Part shown: positions 28,367 through 37,778 of the stretch, piece after piece
Numbering within the stretch: position 1 is the stretch's first letter
Layout: each line of letters begins with the position of its first letter
Assembly: GCA_050298055.1 (NCBI GenBank)
Contig: JBNKTL010000019.1
Location: 23,649 to 87,648 of the forward strand
Origin: Spirochaetota bacterium
Lineage (GTDB): Bacteria > Spirochaetota > UBA4802 > UBA5550
Direction of reading: 5' to 3'
DNA length: 64,000 nt
Program-made: the position numbers and the translations under genes
Notes under the pieces: model-generated
Databases searched by the model: none
Seen by the model: the letters and a program-made list of their open reading frames with translations, nothing else
What the model was told of the DNA's origin: nothing

Positions 28367-29908
28367 TCAGGCCGTATTACTGTCGTTGTTATCTTTTTTC
28401 CCGGTAAAGTGGACAAGGAGCAGTACAAGAGCGAAGAGAAGGTACCCCAGCGAGATCTTTCCCGCCATCCCCACACCAATTTCCGATGAGTGAATAAAAC
28501 CAAAATATGAACAGATGATCAAGGGGAGAGTCCAGTAGAACGACCTGAGAAAATCCTTCTCAATGAGGTAGACCGCGACCGCGCTGAGAAACATCGCGGA
28601 GAGAAGTGCCCCCTCGGAGAATGTCAGTATCCCCTTCAGCCGGGGAAGGGCTTCGGCGATGATCCTATTTGACTCCGCCGTGGATTTTCCACCGCTGCTG
28701 TTTATGAACTGCCTGAGGAGGTTTACTCCCCATGCTGTGATCGCGGGCATAAGCCCCAGAGCCACTGCCGGAGCGTGCTCCCGGGGTGTTGTCTGGAAGG
28801 CCTGTGCTGTAATGACGATCCCAATCCAGAGAAGAATGGGGTAACCCGCTTCAAGAGGTATGGCCGCAGCTATGATACTCATCATCCCCGAGAAACAGAT
28901 CAGGGTAACCACCGCACCGTTTATCACAGAGTAACCTGCCCGGGCGCCCAGCCCCTTCCAGCCGGGATGGCCGATATAGACCGTAGTAGGGAAAGGAGAA
29001 CCGAACAGGGACCCGACGATTGTACCGATACCGTTCATTGCGAGTGCAGGCATAGCCGGATAGCTGTCCCCTGCGGCCGAGGCAGATTCTATGTTCTGTA
29101 AGGTGCCAAAAAAACTCATGATTCCCATGGGTATTGATACAGAGAGATAGGGCATGATCTTTGCCAGTTCAACACCGCTTAAAATTTCCGTAAAGGCCAA
29201 GCCGGGAAAGGAGAAAGAGACACTCTTGACAGATTCGGCAAGCGCTTCGCTGTTCATTGCCCCCGTAGTCCATGCGATCAGGGAGCCCGCAAGAAGGGCA
29301 TAAAAGCCCGCGGGAATCCTGAAAGGGAGCCTTACCCGGGAAAAATATTCTACCAGAATCAGCGCCAGTGGGATAAAGGCGATAACCGGCTTGTCCCAGA
29401 TCTTGACGGTATGTTCCAGGGCGATAAAGACAATGGCGATCCCCGCAAGTGTGGAGAGCAGCGCGGCCCGGGGGGATATCTTCCTGATCCTGTCCCCGAT
29501 GAAAGCACCGGCCCCCTCGAATATTCCGCTGATGAAGGCGCTGATAACCCCGACCTTCCAGGCAAGCCAGGGGTCCTTTGTCCGGACAAATACAGGGACT
29601 ATTATCAGGAAAAAAAACGCAAAAAGGCTTACGGTATTGATCCCGTAAGGAAGGGCGGCAACATCAAGCCTCTTCTCTTTATGAGCGAGCTTCCTGGCCT
29701 GGTATGAGTAAAAGATATTCCCCGCCAGTACAGAGAGGGCCGTTCCGGGAAGTATCCATCCGAAGACAAGTTCCGAAGGCATCCCTATTGATCTGCAAAG
29801 CCCCGTGATAATCAGGAGATTTACAAGGTTGTCAATAAAGAGCCCGATAAATCCGTCAACATCACCTCTGACAAAGAGCGGAAACCTGAACTCACTGTTT
29901 GCTGTCAT
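28367..29908 (-). CDS. NCS2-family (nucleobase:cation symporter-like) permease
   Basis: GD-x-DGF-x-GLF-x-DNL, ALPYGIN, GSPFPTTVYIGHPGWK motifs; about 13 hydrophobic segments. Confidence 0.85.
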   Translation of the reverse strand: MTANSEFRFPLFVRGDVDGFIGLFIDNLVNLLIITGLCRSIGMPSELVFGWILPGTALSVLAGNIFYSYQARKLAHKEKRLDVAALPYGINTVSLFAFFFLIIVPVFVRTKDPWLAWKVGVISAFISGIFEGAGAFIGDRIRKISPRAALLSTLAGIAIVFIALEHTVKIWDKPVIAFIPLALILVEYFSRVRLPFRIPAGFYALLAGSLIAWTTGAMNSEALAESVKSVSFSFPGLAFTEILSGVELAKIMPYLSVSIPMGIMSFFGTLQNIESASAAGDSYPAMPALAMNGIGTIVGSLFGSPFPTTVYIGHPGWKGLGARAGYSVINGAVVTLICFSGMMSIIAAAIPLEAGYPILLWIGIVITAQAFQTTPREHAPAVALGLMPAITAWGVNLLRQFINSSGGKSTAESNRIIAEALPRLKGILTFSEGALLSAMFLSAVAVYLIEKDFLRSFYWTLPLIICSYFGFIHSSEIGVGMAGKISLGYLLFALVLLLVHFTGKKDNNDSNTA

Positions 29909-29929
29909 CGCTTTTACCCGTCACTGTTC

Positions 29930-30970
29930 TCAAAAAAGACCGCCCTGGTTATCACTCCCGTTGCTCTTGATAAAATCAAGACCCAGGTGGTTATAGGCTG
30001 TTTCCGTTGCGCAGCGCCCCCGGGAAGTTCTCTGGAGGAGCCCCATCTGCACGAGAAACGGCTCATAGAAATCCTCAAGGGTATCGGTCTCCTCACCTAC
30101 GGATATGGCAATGGTTTTGAGGCCCACGGGACCTCCGTTGTAGTTCCCTATTATCACCGAAAGGATTTTCCTGTCCATCTCATCCAGCCCGAGGTTGTCA
30201 ATCTCAAGTTTCTCAAGGGCATACCTGGTTATCTCAATATCAATCCTCTCTTTTTTGTTTACAGTGGTAAAATCGGCAACCCTCTTTAAAATCCGGTTTA
30301 CGATCCTCGGAGTCCTTCTTGACCTTCTGGCTATCTCGAAACCCGCGTCATCGCTTATGGAGCAGCCAAGGATACGGGCGGTTCTCATTGCTATGAGCTT
30401 CAGATCATCGGGAGTATAGTAATCGAGCCTGAGCGGGATCCCGAACCTGTCCCTGAGGGCGGACGTGAGAAGCCCTGTCCGCGTAGTGGCCCCGATGAGG
30501 GTAAAAGGAGCCAGGTTAATCTGAATGCTCTTCGCACCCACGCCCTGTCCTATGATGATATCAATTGTCCTGTCCTCCATGGCGGGATAGAGTATCTCCT
30601 CCAGGGCAGGAGACAGCCTGTGGATCTCATCGATAAAGAGTACATCATTCTCCTCAAGACCGGTAAGGATTGAGGCAAGGTCTCCCGCTTTTTCAATGAC
30701 AGGGGCGGAAGTGCTCCTGATATTGACACCCAGTTCCCGTGAAATGATATGTGCAAGGGTGGTCTTCCCCAGTCCGGGAGGACCAGCAAGAAGGACGTGG
30801 TCAAGGGACTCTTTCCTCATCCGGGCAGATTCTATGAAAACCTTCAGGTTGTCAGTTATCCTGCTCTGACCGATAAACTCCGAGAGTTTTTCCGGTCTGA
30901 GTGACTTTTCACTCTCAACCTCCTCAAGATCAAGCCTGTGGGTACTGAGAATTCTTGATTGTTCTTCCAT
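29930..30970 (-). CDS. ruvB: Holliday junction branch migration helicase RuvB
   Basis: [49 protein letters not shown] motifs; start at ATG 30970. Confidence 0.97.
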   Translation of the reverse strand: MEEQSRILSTHRLDLEEVESEKSLRPEKLSEFIGQSRITDNLKVFIESARMRKESLDHVLLAGPPGLGKTTLAHIISRELGVNIRSTSAPVIEKAGDLASILTGLEENDVLFIDEIHRLSPALEEILYPAMEDRTIDIIIGQGVGAKSIQINLAPFTLIGATTRTGLLTSALRDRFGIPLRLDYYTPDDLKLIAMRTARILGCSISDDAGFEIARRSRRTPRIVNRILKRVADFTTVNKKERIDIEITRYALEKLEIDNLGLDEMDRKILSVIIGNYNGGPVGLKTIAISVGEETDTLEDFYEPFLVQMGLLQRTSRGRCATETAYNHLGLDFIKSNGSDNQGGLF

Positions 30971-30983
30971 GGATTGTATCAGC

Positions 30984-31463
30984 TTACTTTTTCTGACTCG
31001 AAGGCTGCTCAAACTTCTTCATTGCATTGAGAATGGAAGCCGCTGTTTTCAGGGTAAGAATCTTCCCCCTCAGTTCATCATTACTCATCATCCTGGCAAT
31101 ATTGGCCAGGGTTTTTATATGCTGGGTCAGCTTCATTTTCGGGACAAGAAGCAGTATAACAATACTCACGGGGCCATTATCTATGGCATCAAAGTCTATA
31201 CTGTTCTTGCAGAGGGCCAGTACTATGACCAGTTCTTCAACCCTGGGAGTAGTGCAGTGTGGTATGGCAACACCGTTGCCAATACCTGTACTCATGGATT
31301 TTTCTCTCTCAACGAGAGCATTCCTGACTACATCCCTGTCATCAGGATTAATATCCTTGTTCTTCACTGCAAGGTCAACCATTTCATCAATCAGGTCCCA
31401 GCGGTTTTTCGACTTTGCGTTCAGTATAATATTATTTTTTTTAAGACTATCTGATAAAACCAT
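30984..31463 (-). CDS. PTS IIA component (fructose/nitrogen-regulatory type)
   Basis: ERE-x-x-MSTGIG-x-GVAIPH (phospho-His), FDAID motifs. Confidence 0.88.
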   Translation of the reverse strand: MVLSDSLKKNNIILNAKSKNRWDLIDEMVDLAVKNKDINPDDRDVVRNALVEREKSMSTGIGNGVAIPHCTTPRVEELVIVLALCKNSIDFDAIDNGPVSIVILLLVPKMKLTQHIKTLANIARMMSNDELRGKILTLKTAASILNAMKKFEQPSSQKK

Positions 31464-31719
31464 CAATTATAGTATAGTAATAATATTAATTTAAAGATCT
31501 GAAATGAACATACGTTAAATTATTCTCATCAATGAAATTAGTCAAGTCTATAAAATTGAAAATTCTAACTCATGCCTTAATTTGATATCACTATTTTTTT
31601 ATTGACTCTATCTCCATTATAAAATATTAATACTAACAAAAAAACCAGTATAAGAATGACCGGGTAACGGTCCTCCTGTTAGATATATATTTTGAAAGAT
31701 TTAAAAATGAGAGGAAGAA

Positions 31720-32052
31720 ATGATAAAAGTAGAAGATAAGGGTGATGGATTCTTTATTATCAGTATCGTTATGCAGGAAGTTCACACTCTTGATGTCCCT
31801 GACCTGAAAGATAAACTTCAGAATGCCATAGTTGACAATAAAATTGAAAAGCTTGTTCTGGATCTTTCAAATGTAAAGATGATTACCAGTTCAGGCATAG
31901 GCATATTTCTCAATATTAACCAGACACTGAAGTCGAAGATGAGACTGGCGGCTGTTAACGATGATGTGAAAAAAGTTCTGGAACTAACAAAGGTATCATC
32001 TGTGATTAATATGTATGAAACAGTTGACGAAGCCCTGAACAGTATGAGTTAG
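31720..32052 (+). CDS. STAS-domain anti-sigma-factor antagonist
   Basis: LVLDLSNV-x-x-ITSSGIG motif, VLELTK, EAL C-terminus. Confidence 0.85.
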   Translation: MIKVEDKGDGFFIISIVMQEVHTLDVPDLKDKLQNAIVDNKIEKLVLDLSNVKMITSSGIGIFLNINQTLKSKMRLAAVNDDVKKVLELTKVSSVINMYETVDEALNSMS

Positions 32053-32077
32053 CATTTCAGTAGGATATTTTCCCGCT

Positions 32078-32099
32078 ACCACGGGTTTAAGCCCGTGGT
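32078..32099. repeat. REP/IS200-end-like hairpin
   Basis: ACCACGGGT-TTAA-GCCCGTGGT stem-loop with no T tract. Confidence 0.5.
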
Positions 32100-32191
32100 T
32101 CCCTGAGCTTTCATTGATTGATCACAATCCTAACCGTTAGATAAAACTTTCATTATAATCAGAAAAGAGAAACATAAAGAGGAAACCGTTA

Positions 32192-32941
32192 ATGGATAGA
32201 AACAGGATACAGAAGATCCTGGAAGATGTGAAAACCGGTTCGATGGATACATATACAGCCCTGAATGCACTGAGAAACCTGCCTTTCGAGGACCTGGGAT
32301 ATGCAAAGATCGACCACCACAGGTCACTCCGGACAGGATACCCGGAAGTCATATTCTGCAGAGGGAAGAGTGTTGAAGAGATAACCGGAATTTTTCAGGA
32401 GATGTCCCGGCACAACAATACCATAATCGCAACCAGGGCCGAAAGAGATGTCTATGAAGCGGTAAAAAAAATAAGGAATGATTCGGTCTATAATGAGAAA
32501 GCGAAACTTCTCACTACCGGGAAAACTCCGGACCCGGTTTCTCCGTCAATAATTGCTGTTGTGAGCGCCGGGACATCTGATATACCCGTTGCCGAGGAGG
32601 CCGCGGCAACCGCAGAGGCCCTGGGGAACAGGGTGGAGAGGCTCTATGATGTAGGCGTTGCGGGTATACACAGGCTCCTGGACAACATGGAGCTCATCAT
32701 CAACTCAAGTGTCCTGGTTGTAGTAGCGGGAATGGACGGCGTTCTTCCCAGTATTGTGGGAGGTCTTGTTGACAGACCGGTTGTCGCCGTGCCCACAAGT
32801 GTGGGCTACGGGGCAAGCTTTGACGGTCTGGCGGCACTTCTTACAATGCTCAACAGCTGCGCACCGGGTGTAGCTGTGATGAATATCGATAACGGGTTTG
32901 GCGCCGGATATTTTGCCAGCATGCTCAACAGGGATAAATGA
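32192..32941 (+). CDS. larB: Nickel pincer cofactor biosynthesis protein LarB
   Basis: D-x-HR-x-x-RTG-x-PEV, AGTSD-x-PVAEEA, DVGVAGIHRL, AGMDG-x-L-x-S, PTSVGYG, NIDNGFGA motifs. Confidence 0.93.
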   Translation: MDRNRIQKILEDVKTGSMDTYTALNALRNLPFEDLGYAKIDHHRSLRTGYPEVIFCRGKSVEEITGIFQEMSRHNNTIIATRAERDVYEAVKKIRNDSVYNEKAKLLTTGKTPDPVSPSIIAVVSAGTSDIPVAEEAAATAEALGNRVERLYDVGVAGIHRLLDNMELIINSSVLVVVAGMDGVLPSIVGGLVDRPVVAVPTSVGYGASFDGLAALLTMLNSCAPGVAVMNIDNGFGAGYFASMLNRDK

Positions 32942-34125
32942 AAACCGCGTATTTCAACTGCTTTGCCGGTATAAGCGGCGATATGATAACAGGGGCTCTC
33001 CTGGATGCCGGGGCCGACTTCGGTCACCTGGAATCAGAACTGAAGAAACTGGAAATCACCGGCTTCGGAATAAGTGCGGAGAAGGTGAGTAAAAACGGGA
33101 TTGGCGGAACAAAATTCAGTGTTAATATAACCGGAGAACAGCCATCAAGAAAACTCCCGGAGATAGAGAAGATCATTAACTCAAGCAAACTGGGGAGCAG
33201 TATCAAGAAAAAGTCACTGGAGATATTCCGGCTTTTGGCCCAGGCTGAATCCTCCGTCCACAATATTCCCCGGGAAGAGATCCATTTTCACGAGATAGGA
33301 GCGGTTGATACAATTATTGACATTGTATCCGCATCCGTTGCCCTGGAAAACCTCGGGATAGAGAGGGTCTTCTCCTCGCCCCTTCACCTGGGTACAGGAT
33401 TTGTCGAGACACTTCATGGAAGGCTTCCGGTACCGGCACCTGCAACTGTGGAGATCCTTAAGGGAAAACCGGTCTATTCAACGGGGATAAAATCAGAGCT
33501 AACAACCCCTACCGGCGCGGCTATAATCTCGATAATTGCGGAAGAATTTTTCAGCATCCCCCACATGAAACTTGAGTCAACAGGTTACGGTGCCGGGACC
33601 CGGGACCTACCCATACCGAATCTTTTAAGGGTCGTTATCGGGGAATCCATTAAAGAGAGGCACCCTGCAGATACAGTCATCTGCCTTGAGACCAACATTG
33701 ATGACATGAACCCGGAATTCTACCAGGATGTAATGGATAAGCTCCTGGGAAACGGGGCCCTTGACGTCTACCTGCAGCCGGTGATCATGAAAAAGTCAAG
33801 ACCGGGAAATATCCTTACGGTACTTGCCGAGCACCGGGACGAGGAAAAACTTGCCCATATCATTTTCAGGGAAACAACAACTTCCGGAATAAGGATAAGC
33901 AGTCTGAAGAGGAGAAAACTGGCCAGGGAAACAGGAAGCGTGGAAACACCTTTTGGTGAAGTGGCTGTAAAGGTTCTCTCCGGTGAGGGAAAGATCATTA
34001 CACTCTCCCCGGAATATGAAAGCTGCAAAAAAGTATCGGAAGAGATGAAAGTCCCGGTAAAGGATGTTTACTACGCCGCAAAAGCTGCCGCAGATCATAA
34101 ATACGGTAATTTAAAAAATTCATAA
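32938..34125 (+). CDS. larC: Nickel pincer cofactor nickel insertase LarC
   Basis: GISGDM, HFHEIGAVD, PVPAPAT, ELTTPTGAA, ETNIDD, MKKSRPG, PEYE motifs; ATGA overlap with larB. Confidence 0.93.
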   Translation: MKTAYFNCFAGISGDMITGALLDAGADFGHLESELKKLEITGFGISAEKVSKNGIGGTKFSVNITGEQPSRKLPEIEKIINSSKLGSSIKKKSLEIFRLLAQAESSVHNIPREEIHFHEIGAVDTIIDIVSASVALENLGIERVFSSPLHLGTGFVETLHGRLPVPAPATVEILKGKPVYSTGIKSELTTPTGAAIISIIAEEFFSIPHMKLESTGYGAGTRDLPIPNLLRVVIGESIKERHPADTVICLETNIDDMNPEFYQDVMDKLLGNGALDVYLQPVIMKKSRPGNILTVLAEHRDEEKLAHIIFRETTTSGIRISSLKRRKLARETGSVETPFGEVAVKVLSGEGKIITLSPEYESCKKVSEEMKVPVKDVYYAAKAAADHKYGNLKNS

Positions 34126-34132
34126 AAAAATT

Positions 34133-35620
34133 TCAACCCTCAAAGGCTGCAGACATCTCATACCTGTTCTTAATATTTTTATGGAACTGGTTGAACTTTT
34201 CTTCACTGTTAATCCCGAAACGCTCAAGAACATCATCCTCAAGGTAGTAGTAGTAATACTTTCTGTCCTCAATCCCGATAAGCATGTTCGCAAGATACGT
34301 AACGAAAACAATATCCCTGTTCCCGGGACTGGCGCTGAGCGGAGCATGGTGGTGCTGTATCGATTCAACGAGATAATCGGGGAAGTTCCATTTCCTGGCG
34401 ACCAGTTCACCGATGCTTGAGTGGCTGATGCCGATTGAGATCTCTTCAAGTATCGTGGAGGTCTTTATCTTCCTCTCTTTTACCTGGTCTGCAATCTGGT
34501 TTACAAGCGCCTTGTTGGTAGAAAGGATGATAATCTTCCCCAGGTCATGAAGCAGCCCCGTAAGAAACGAATTATCGAGAACCTGCCGCTTTTTCAAGGT
34601 TGCGGCAATTGCCCTTGAATAGAAGGCGACCTTGTTGCAGTGTTCCCAGATCTCCTCATATTTGGCATACCTCTCATTCAATATCTTTCTGGCGTTACTT
34701 GCAGTAAGGATGCCATTTACATTTTTCAGACCAATGGTCATTACCGCGTCATAAACAGATTCTATCCTCTTACCCGGGACAAATCCCGCCGAATTTGAAA
34801 GTTTGATGACATCTGCCGAGAGTGCGGGATCGAGCTGGATCTTTCGGGAGATAAGATCGATTGATGATTCGGGATCATTGCAGAGCTTTTGCAGCTGAAT
34901 AATATTTTCCGGAAAGGTAGGAATCCCCTGAACATCTTCAATTATCTGGTCCCGTACTTTTGTGGTTATCATTGGCGGTCTGAGTTGTTTCGGGATAAAG
35001 ATCGTTGTAGAGGTTTCTCTGCCATTTGAAGTCAGTGTAAAAGTTGTCGGGTCTATTCCCATGCTCTTCAGGAAAAGAATGGTTAATACAATGCCAAGCC
35101 CGGCACCCTCAGTATCGTCCTCGGTTTCGGCATAAGCCTCTGAAAAATCGCTGTATTCAATGGCCTTTTCTATCCTGAGGTTTACCCTCTCCAGTTCCCT
35201 GGGAAGGATCGGAGCATTATTGGCTATGACCACATGCAGGTCATCACCTTCAAATGTAAAATCTAAATTGATGTAGTAATCACTCTGCATTATCTTGTCC
35301 TGAAATTGTGGAAGATCGCCAATAACATTCTCCTTGAAGTCCGTCATTCCCCGGTCATAGCTTACTGTATCCTTTATATCAATATCATGTATTCTGAAAT
35401 ATATCCTCTTGGCATTTGCCTTCTGGGCATTAACAACAACTTCACGAAGAATTGTAACGATAGAGTTAAGAAGGAAAATACGGTCCATTTTTGCCAGCAG
35501 TTTCGCCATAATTGTATTAATAAACATTATATTCTCTTTACTGGCAAATTTGAACTTGAAATTAAATGGAGCACCATTTTTTATTTTCTGTTCAATTTCC
35601 TTCTTCTGAGGTACATTCAT
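34133..35620 (-). CDS. HATPase-like + HDOD domain signalling protein
   Basis: N-terminal E-x-x-x-NA-x-K and GAGLG boxes; C-terminal IP-x-FP, DPAL, NSA, GLLHDLGK, WNFP, HH motifs. Confidence 0.8.
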   Translation of the reverse strand: MNVPQKKEIEQKIKNGAPFNFKFKFASKENIMFINTIMAKLLAKMDRIFLLNSIVTILREVVVNAQKANAKRIYFRIHDIDIKDTVSYDRGMTDFKENVIGDLPQFQDKIMQSDYYINLDFTFEGDDLHVVIANNAPILPRELERVNLRIEKAIEYSDFSEAYAETEDDTEGAGLGIVLTILFLKSMGIDPTTFTLTSNGRETSTTIFIPKQLRPPMITTKVRDQIIEDVQGIPTFPENIIQLQKLCNDPESSIDLISRKIQLDPALSADVIKLSNSAGFVPGKRIESVYDAVMTIGLKNVNGILTASNARKILNERYAKYEEIWEHCNKVAFYSRAIAATLKKRQVLDNSFLTGLLHDLGKIIILSTNKALVNQIADQVKERKIKTSTILEEISIGISHSSIGELVARKWNFPDYLVESIQHHHAPLSASPGNRDIVFVTYLANMLIGIEDRKYYYYYLEDDVLERFGINSEEKFNQFHKNIKNRYEMSAAFEG

Positions 35621-35966
35621 ACTCTATAACCTGATATTATGATAATTCTATCACCCAAAAAAGTCCAGCACAAAGCCGGATTAAAACATTTATCATCTGT
35701 TATTTTAATGGTCAAGTAATTAATAATGCTAATTTGTAACAACTCGATATGGATAATATTTACCTGTTATATCTTTATGCATACGACTGTTCTTCTCCAT
35801 AGCTGAGAATAATGCAAATTTAATGATAAAAAATACCTTGCATAAATTGAGAACACTCATAGGATGAAACAAGAGATAAAGGAAGGGAAACAATTTGAGT
35901 TCTTGACCTCTCATGTCGATTTATTAATATGGACTTTACCATCTTTTACTGGAGACCGAACCTGAA

Positions 35967-36926
35967 ATGCTTGTAAAACTCTGGGGTGTAAGAGGATCCA
36001 TCCCATCTCCATTAGGGAATGCCGAATATAAACAGAAAATTAACAGAATGCTGGAACATGCAGTCCGGCAGGGATTAAAGGACGTATCCGAAATTCCCGG
36101 TTTCATTAACAGCCTTCCAGATGACCTGAAATTCATTTACGGGGGAAATACAACCTGTGTAACTGTCACTTCTGATTCGGGCAAAACTTATATCCTGGAC
36201 TGTGGGACGGGTATAAGAAATCTCGGCTATGATCTTATGAAGGGGCCCTGCGGTGAAGGAAAAGGTATCCTCGACATTTTTCTTACTCACAACCACTGGG
36301 ACCATATCCAGGGGCTTCCCTTTTTTACACCAATTTATATAAAGGGAAACATTCTCAATTTCTATTCTCCCTACGATAACCAGGAAGAATATCTTAAAAC
36401 ACAGCAGTCTTTTCCTTTTTTTCCCGGGCTCTGGGAACAGACCCCATCGGAAAAAGTTATCCATAAGCTTGACAGTGAAAATTTTACACCTCTTGAAATT
36501 GAGAAAGACCTTCTGGTTGATTTTTACCCTCTCAACCATCCCTTCGGAAGCTACGCATACAGGTTCAGGTATAAAAATAAGACATTTATACTGGCTACAG
36601 ATGCTGAGTTTACAGGAGAGGTCCTGGAGCAGATAGGTGATCAGACAGACTTTTTCTTCAATGCAGACCTGCTTATCCTTGATTCACAGTATACTCTTCA
36701 GGAGTCATTCCTGAAAATTGCATGGGGACATACAAGCTATACCATGGCGGTAAACTGCGGTGTCCGATGGGGTATTAAAAACCTGGTTCTCACTCATCAT
36801 GAACCTGCATACTCTGATTCCCGGCTCTATGAAATCCACAAAATGGCCCTTGAACACAGTCAGCTTATTCACAATGACTCTACAAAAATACATATGGCCA
36901 AAGAAGGAATGGCCTTTAAACTTTAA
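35967..36926 (+). CDS. MBL-fold metallo-hydrolase (ElaC/phosphodiesterase-like)
   Basis: WGVRGSIP, YGGNTTC, DCGTG, THNHWDHIQG (HxHxDH), WGH, HHEP motifs. Confidence 0.88.
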   Translation: MLVKLWGVRGSIPSPLGNAEYKQKINRMLEHAVRQGLKDVSEIPGFINSLPDDLKFIYGGNTTCVTVTSDSGKTYILDCGTGIRNLGYDLMKGPCGEGKGILDIFLTHNHWDHIQGLPFFTPIYIKGNILNFYSPYDNQEEYLKTQQSFPFFPGLWEQTPSEKVIHKLDSENFTPLEIEKDLLVDFYPLNHPFGSYAYRFRYKNKTFILATDAEFTGEVLEQIGDQTDFFFNADLLILDSQYTLQESFLKIAWGHTSYTMAVNCGVRWGIKNLVLTHHEPAYSDSRLYEIHKMALEHSQLIHNDSTKIHMAKEGMAFKL

Positions 36927-36934
36927 TCTCTACA

Positions 36935-37768
36935 ATGAACCATTCCCCGGATAAAATGAAATCACCGGCAAAAATAACCAGGATTGCGGCATTTTTTATT
37001 ATAGCTTCACTCACGGTTCCATTAGTCCAACTCAGAGCACAGAGGACTAAATCAAGTCTCCGTGCGGGACAGCAGCGTTATGCAGAAAAGGGTCTCAAGG
37101 ACAACAGGTATTTTTTCTATTTCATAAACTCATCTCTATCAAACTTCGGCGTGGAGAAAGATCAAAGAATCTATAAGGAAGCCGTATTGAGGGACATCCT
37201 GTCACAGCTGCTCTACATGAAATTCCTCTTCACAGAGTCCTTTGAGCAGATAAGAGAATCACAGGAGATACTCATAGGCCTCTACAGGAATACCATTATA
37301 AGGGACATCAGGATAACCATGAAGCTTCTTAACGACTACGCTCCCCGGGTTATCAAGTCAAAGGATGACAAGGCCAGGCTTTATTTAAGACTCGGGTACA
37401 GGGACTCTGCTGTTGCAAAACAGTACATGATCATGGCGGATAACTACAGGGAAAAACTCTACTCCCTGAGACTCTACAAATATGTAAAGGCAATCAAAAA
37501 GGCAAAACATGGCAAGCGCTATGCATTTCTTTCCGCCATACAGTGCAGGCTCAAAGACAAGGAGAAAGTCATTGGCCTCAGGTGGAAGTCCTTTGATGAT
37601 CTTGAGAAACTACTTGTCAGATTTTACCCGGAAAGGATAGAATTTCTTCGAAAAATCCATTACGACAACTACTATCGAACAGCCGGGAAGAAATCTCTCT
37701 ATGATAGTGTATGGGAAAATCCGGATTTCCATGAACTTCCTGACTATGAAAAATACATGAAAAAATAG
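36935..37768 (+). CDS. Hypothetical exported helical protein (spirochaete OmpL37-like, tentative)
   Basis: Signal-like N-terminus, all-alpha character; family assignment from recall only. Confidence 0.45.
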   Translation: MNHSPDKMKSPAKITRIAAFFIIASLTVPLVQLRAQRTKSSLRAGQQRYAEKGLKDNRYFFYFINSSLSNFGVEKDQRIYKEAVLRDILSQLLYMKFLFTESFEQIRESQEILIGLYRNTIIRDIRITMKLLNDYAPRVIKSKDDKARLYLRLGYRDSAVAKQYMIMADNYREKLYSLRLYKYVKAIKKAKHGKRYAFLSAIQCRLKDKEKVIGLRWKSFDDLEKLLVRFYPERIEFLRKIHYDNYYRTAGKKSLYDSVWENPDFHELPDYEKYMKK

Positions 37769-37778
37769 TGATTCCGTT

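Noticed and set aside
28336..28503. Long overlap between the NCS2 permease and the downstream ORF
   Set aside because: ATG 28335 followed by a signal-like segment removes the overlap
29930..30970. ruvB without ruvA/ruvC as an unusual system
   Set aside because: Split ruv genes are common; the partners are probably elsewhere in the genome
32078..32099. IS200/IS605 element
   Set aside because: Only a lone hairpin; no tnpA/tnpB or second end in the window
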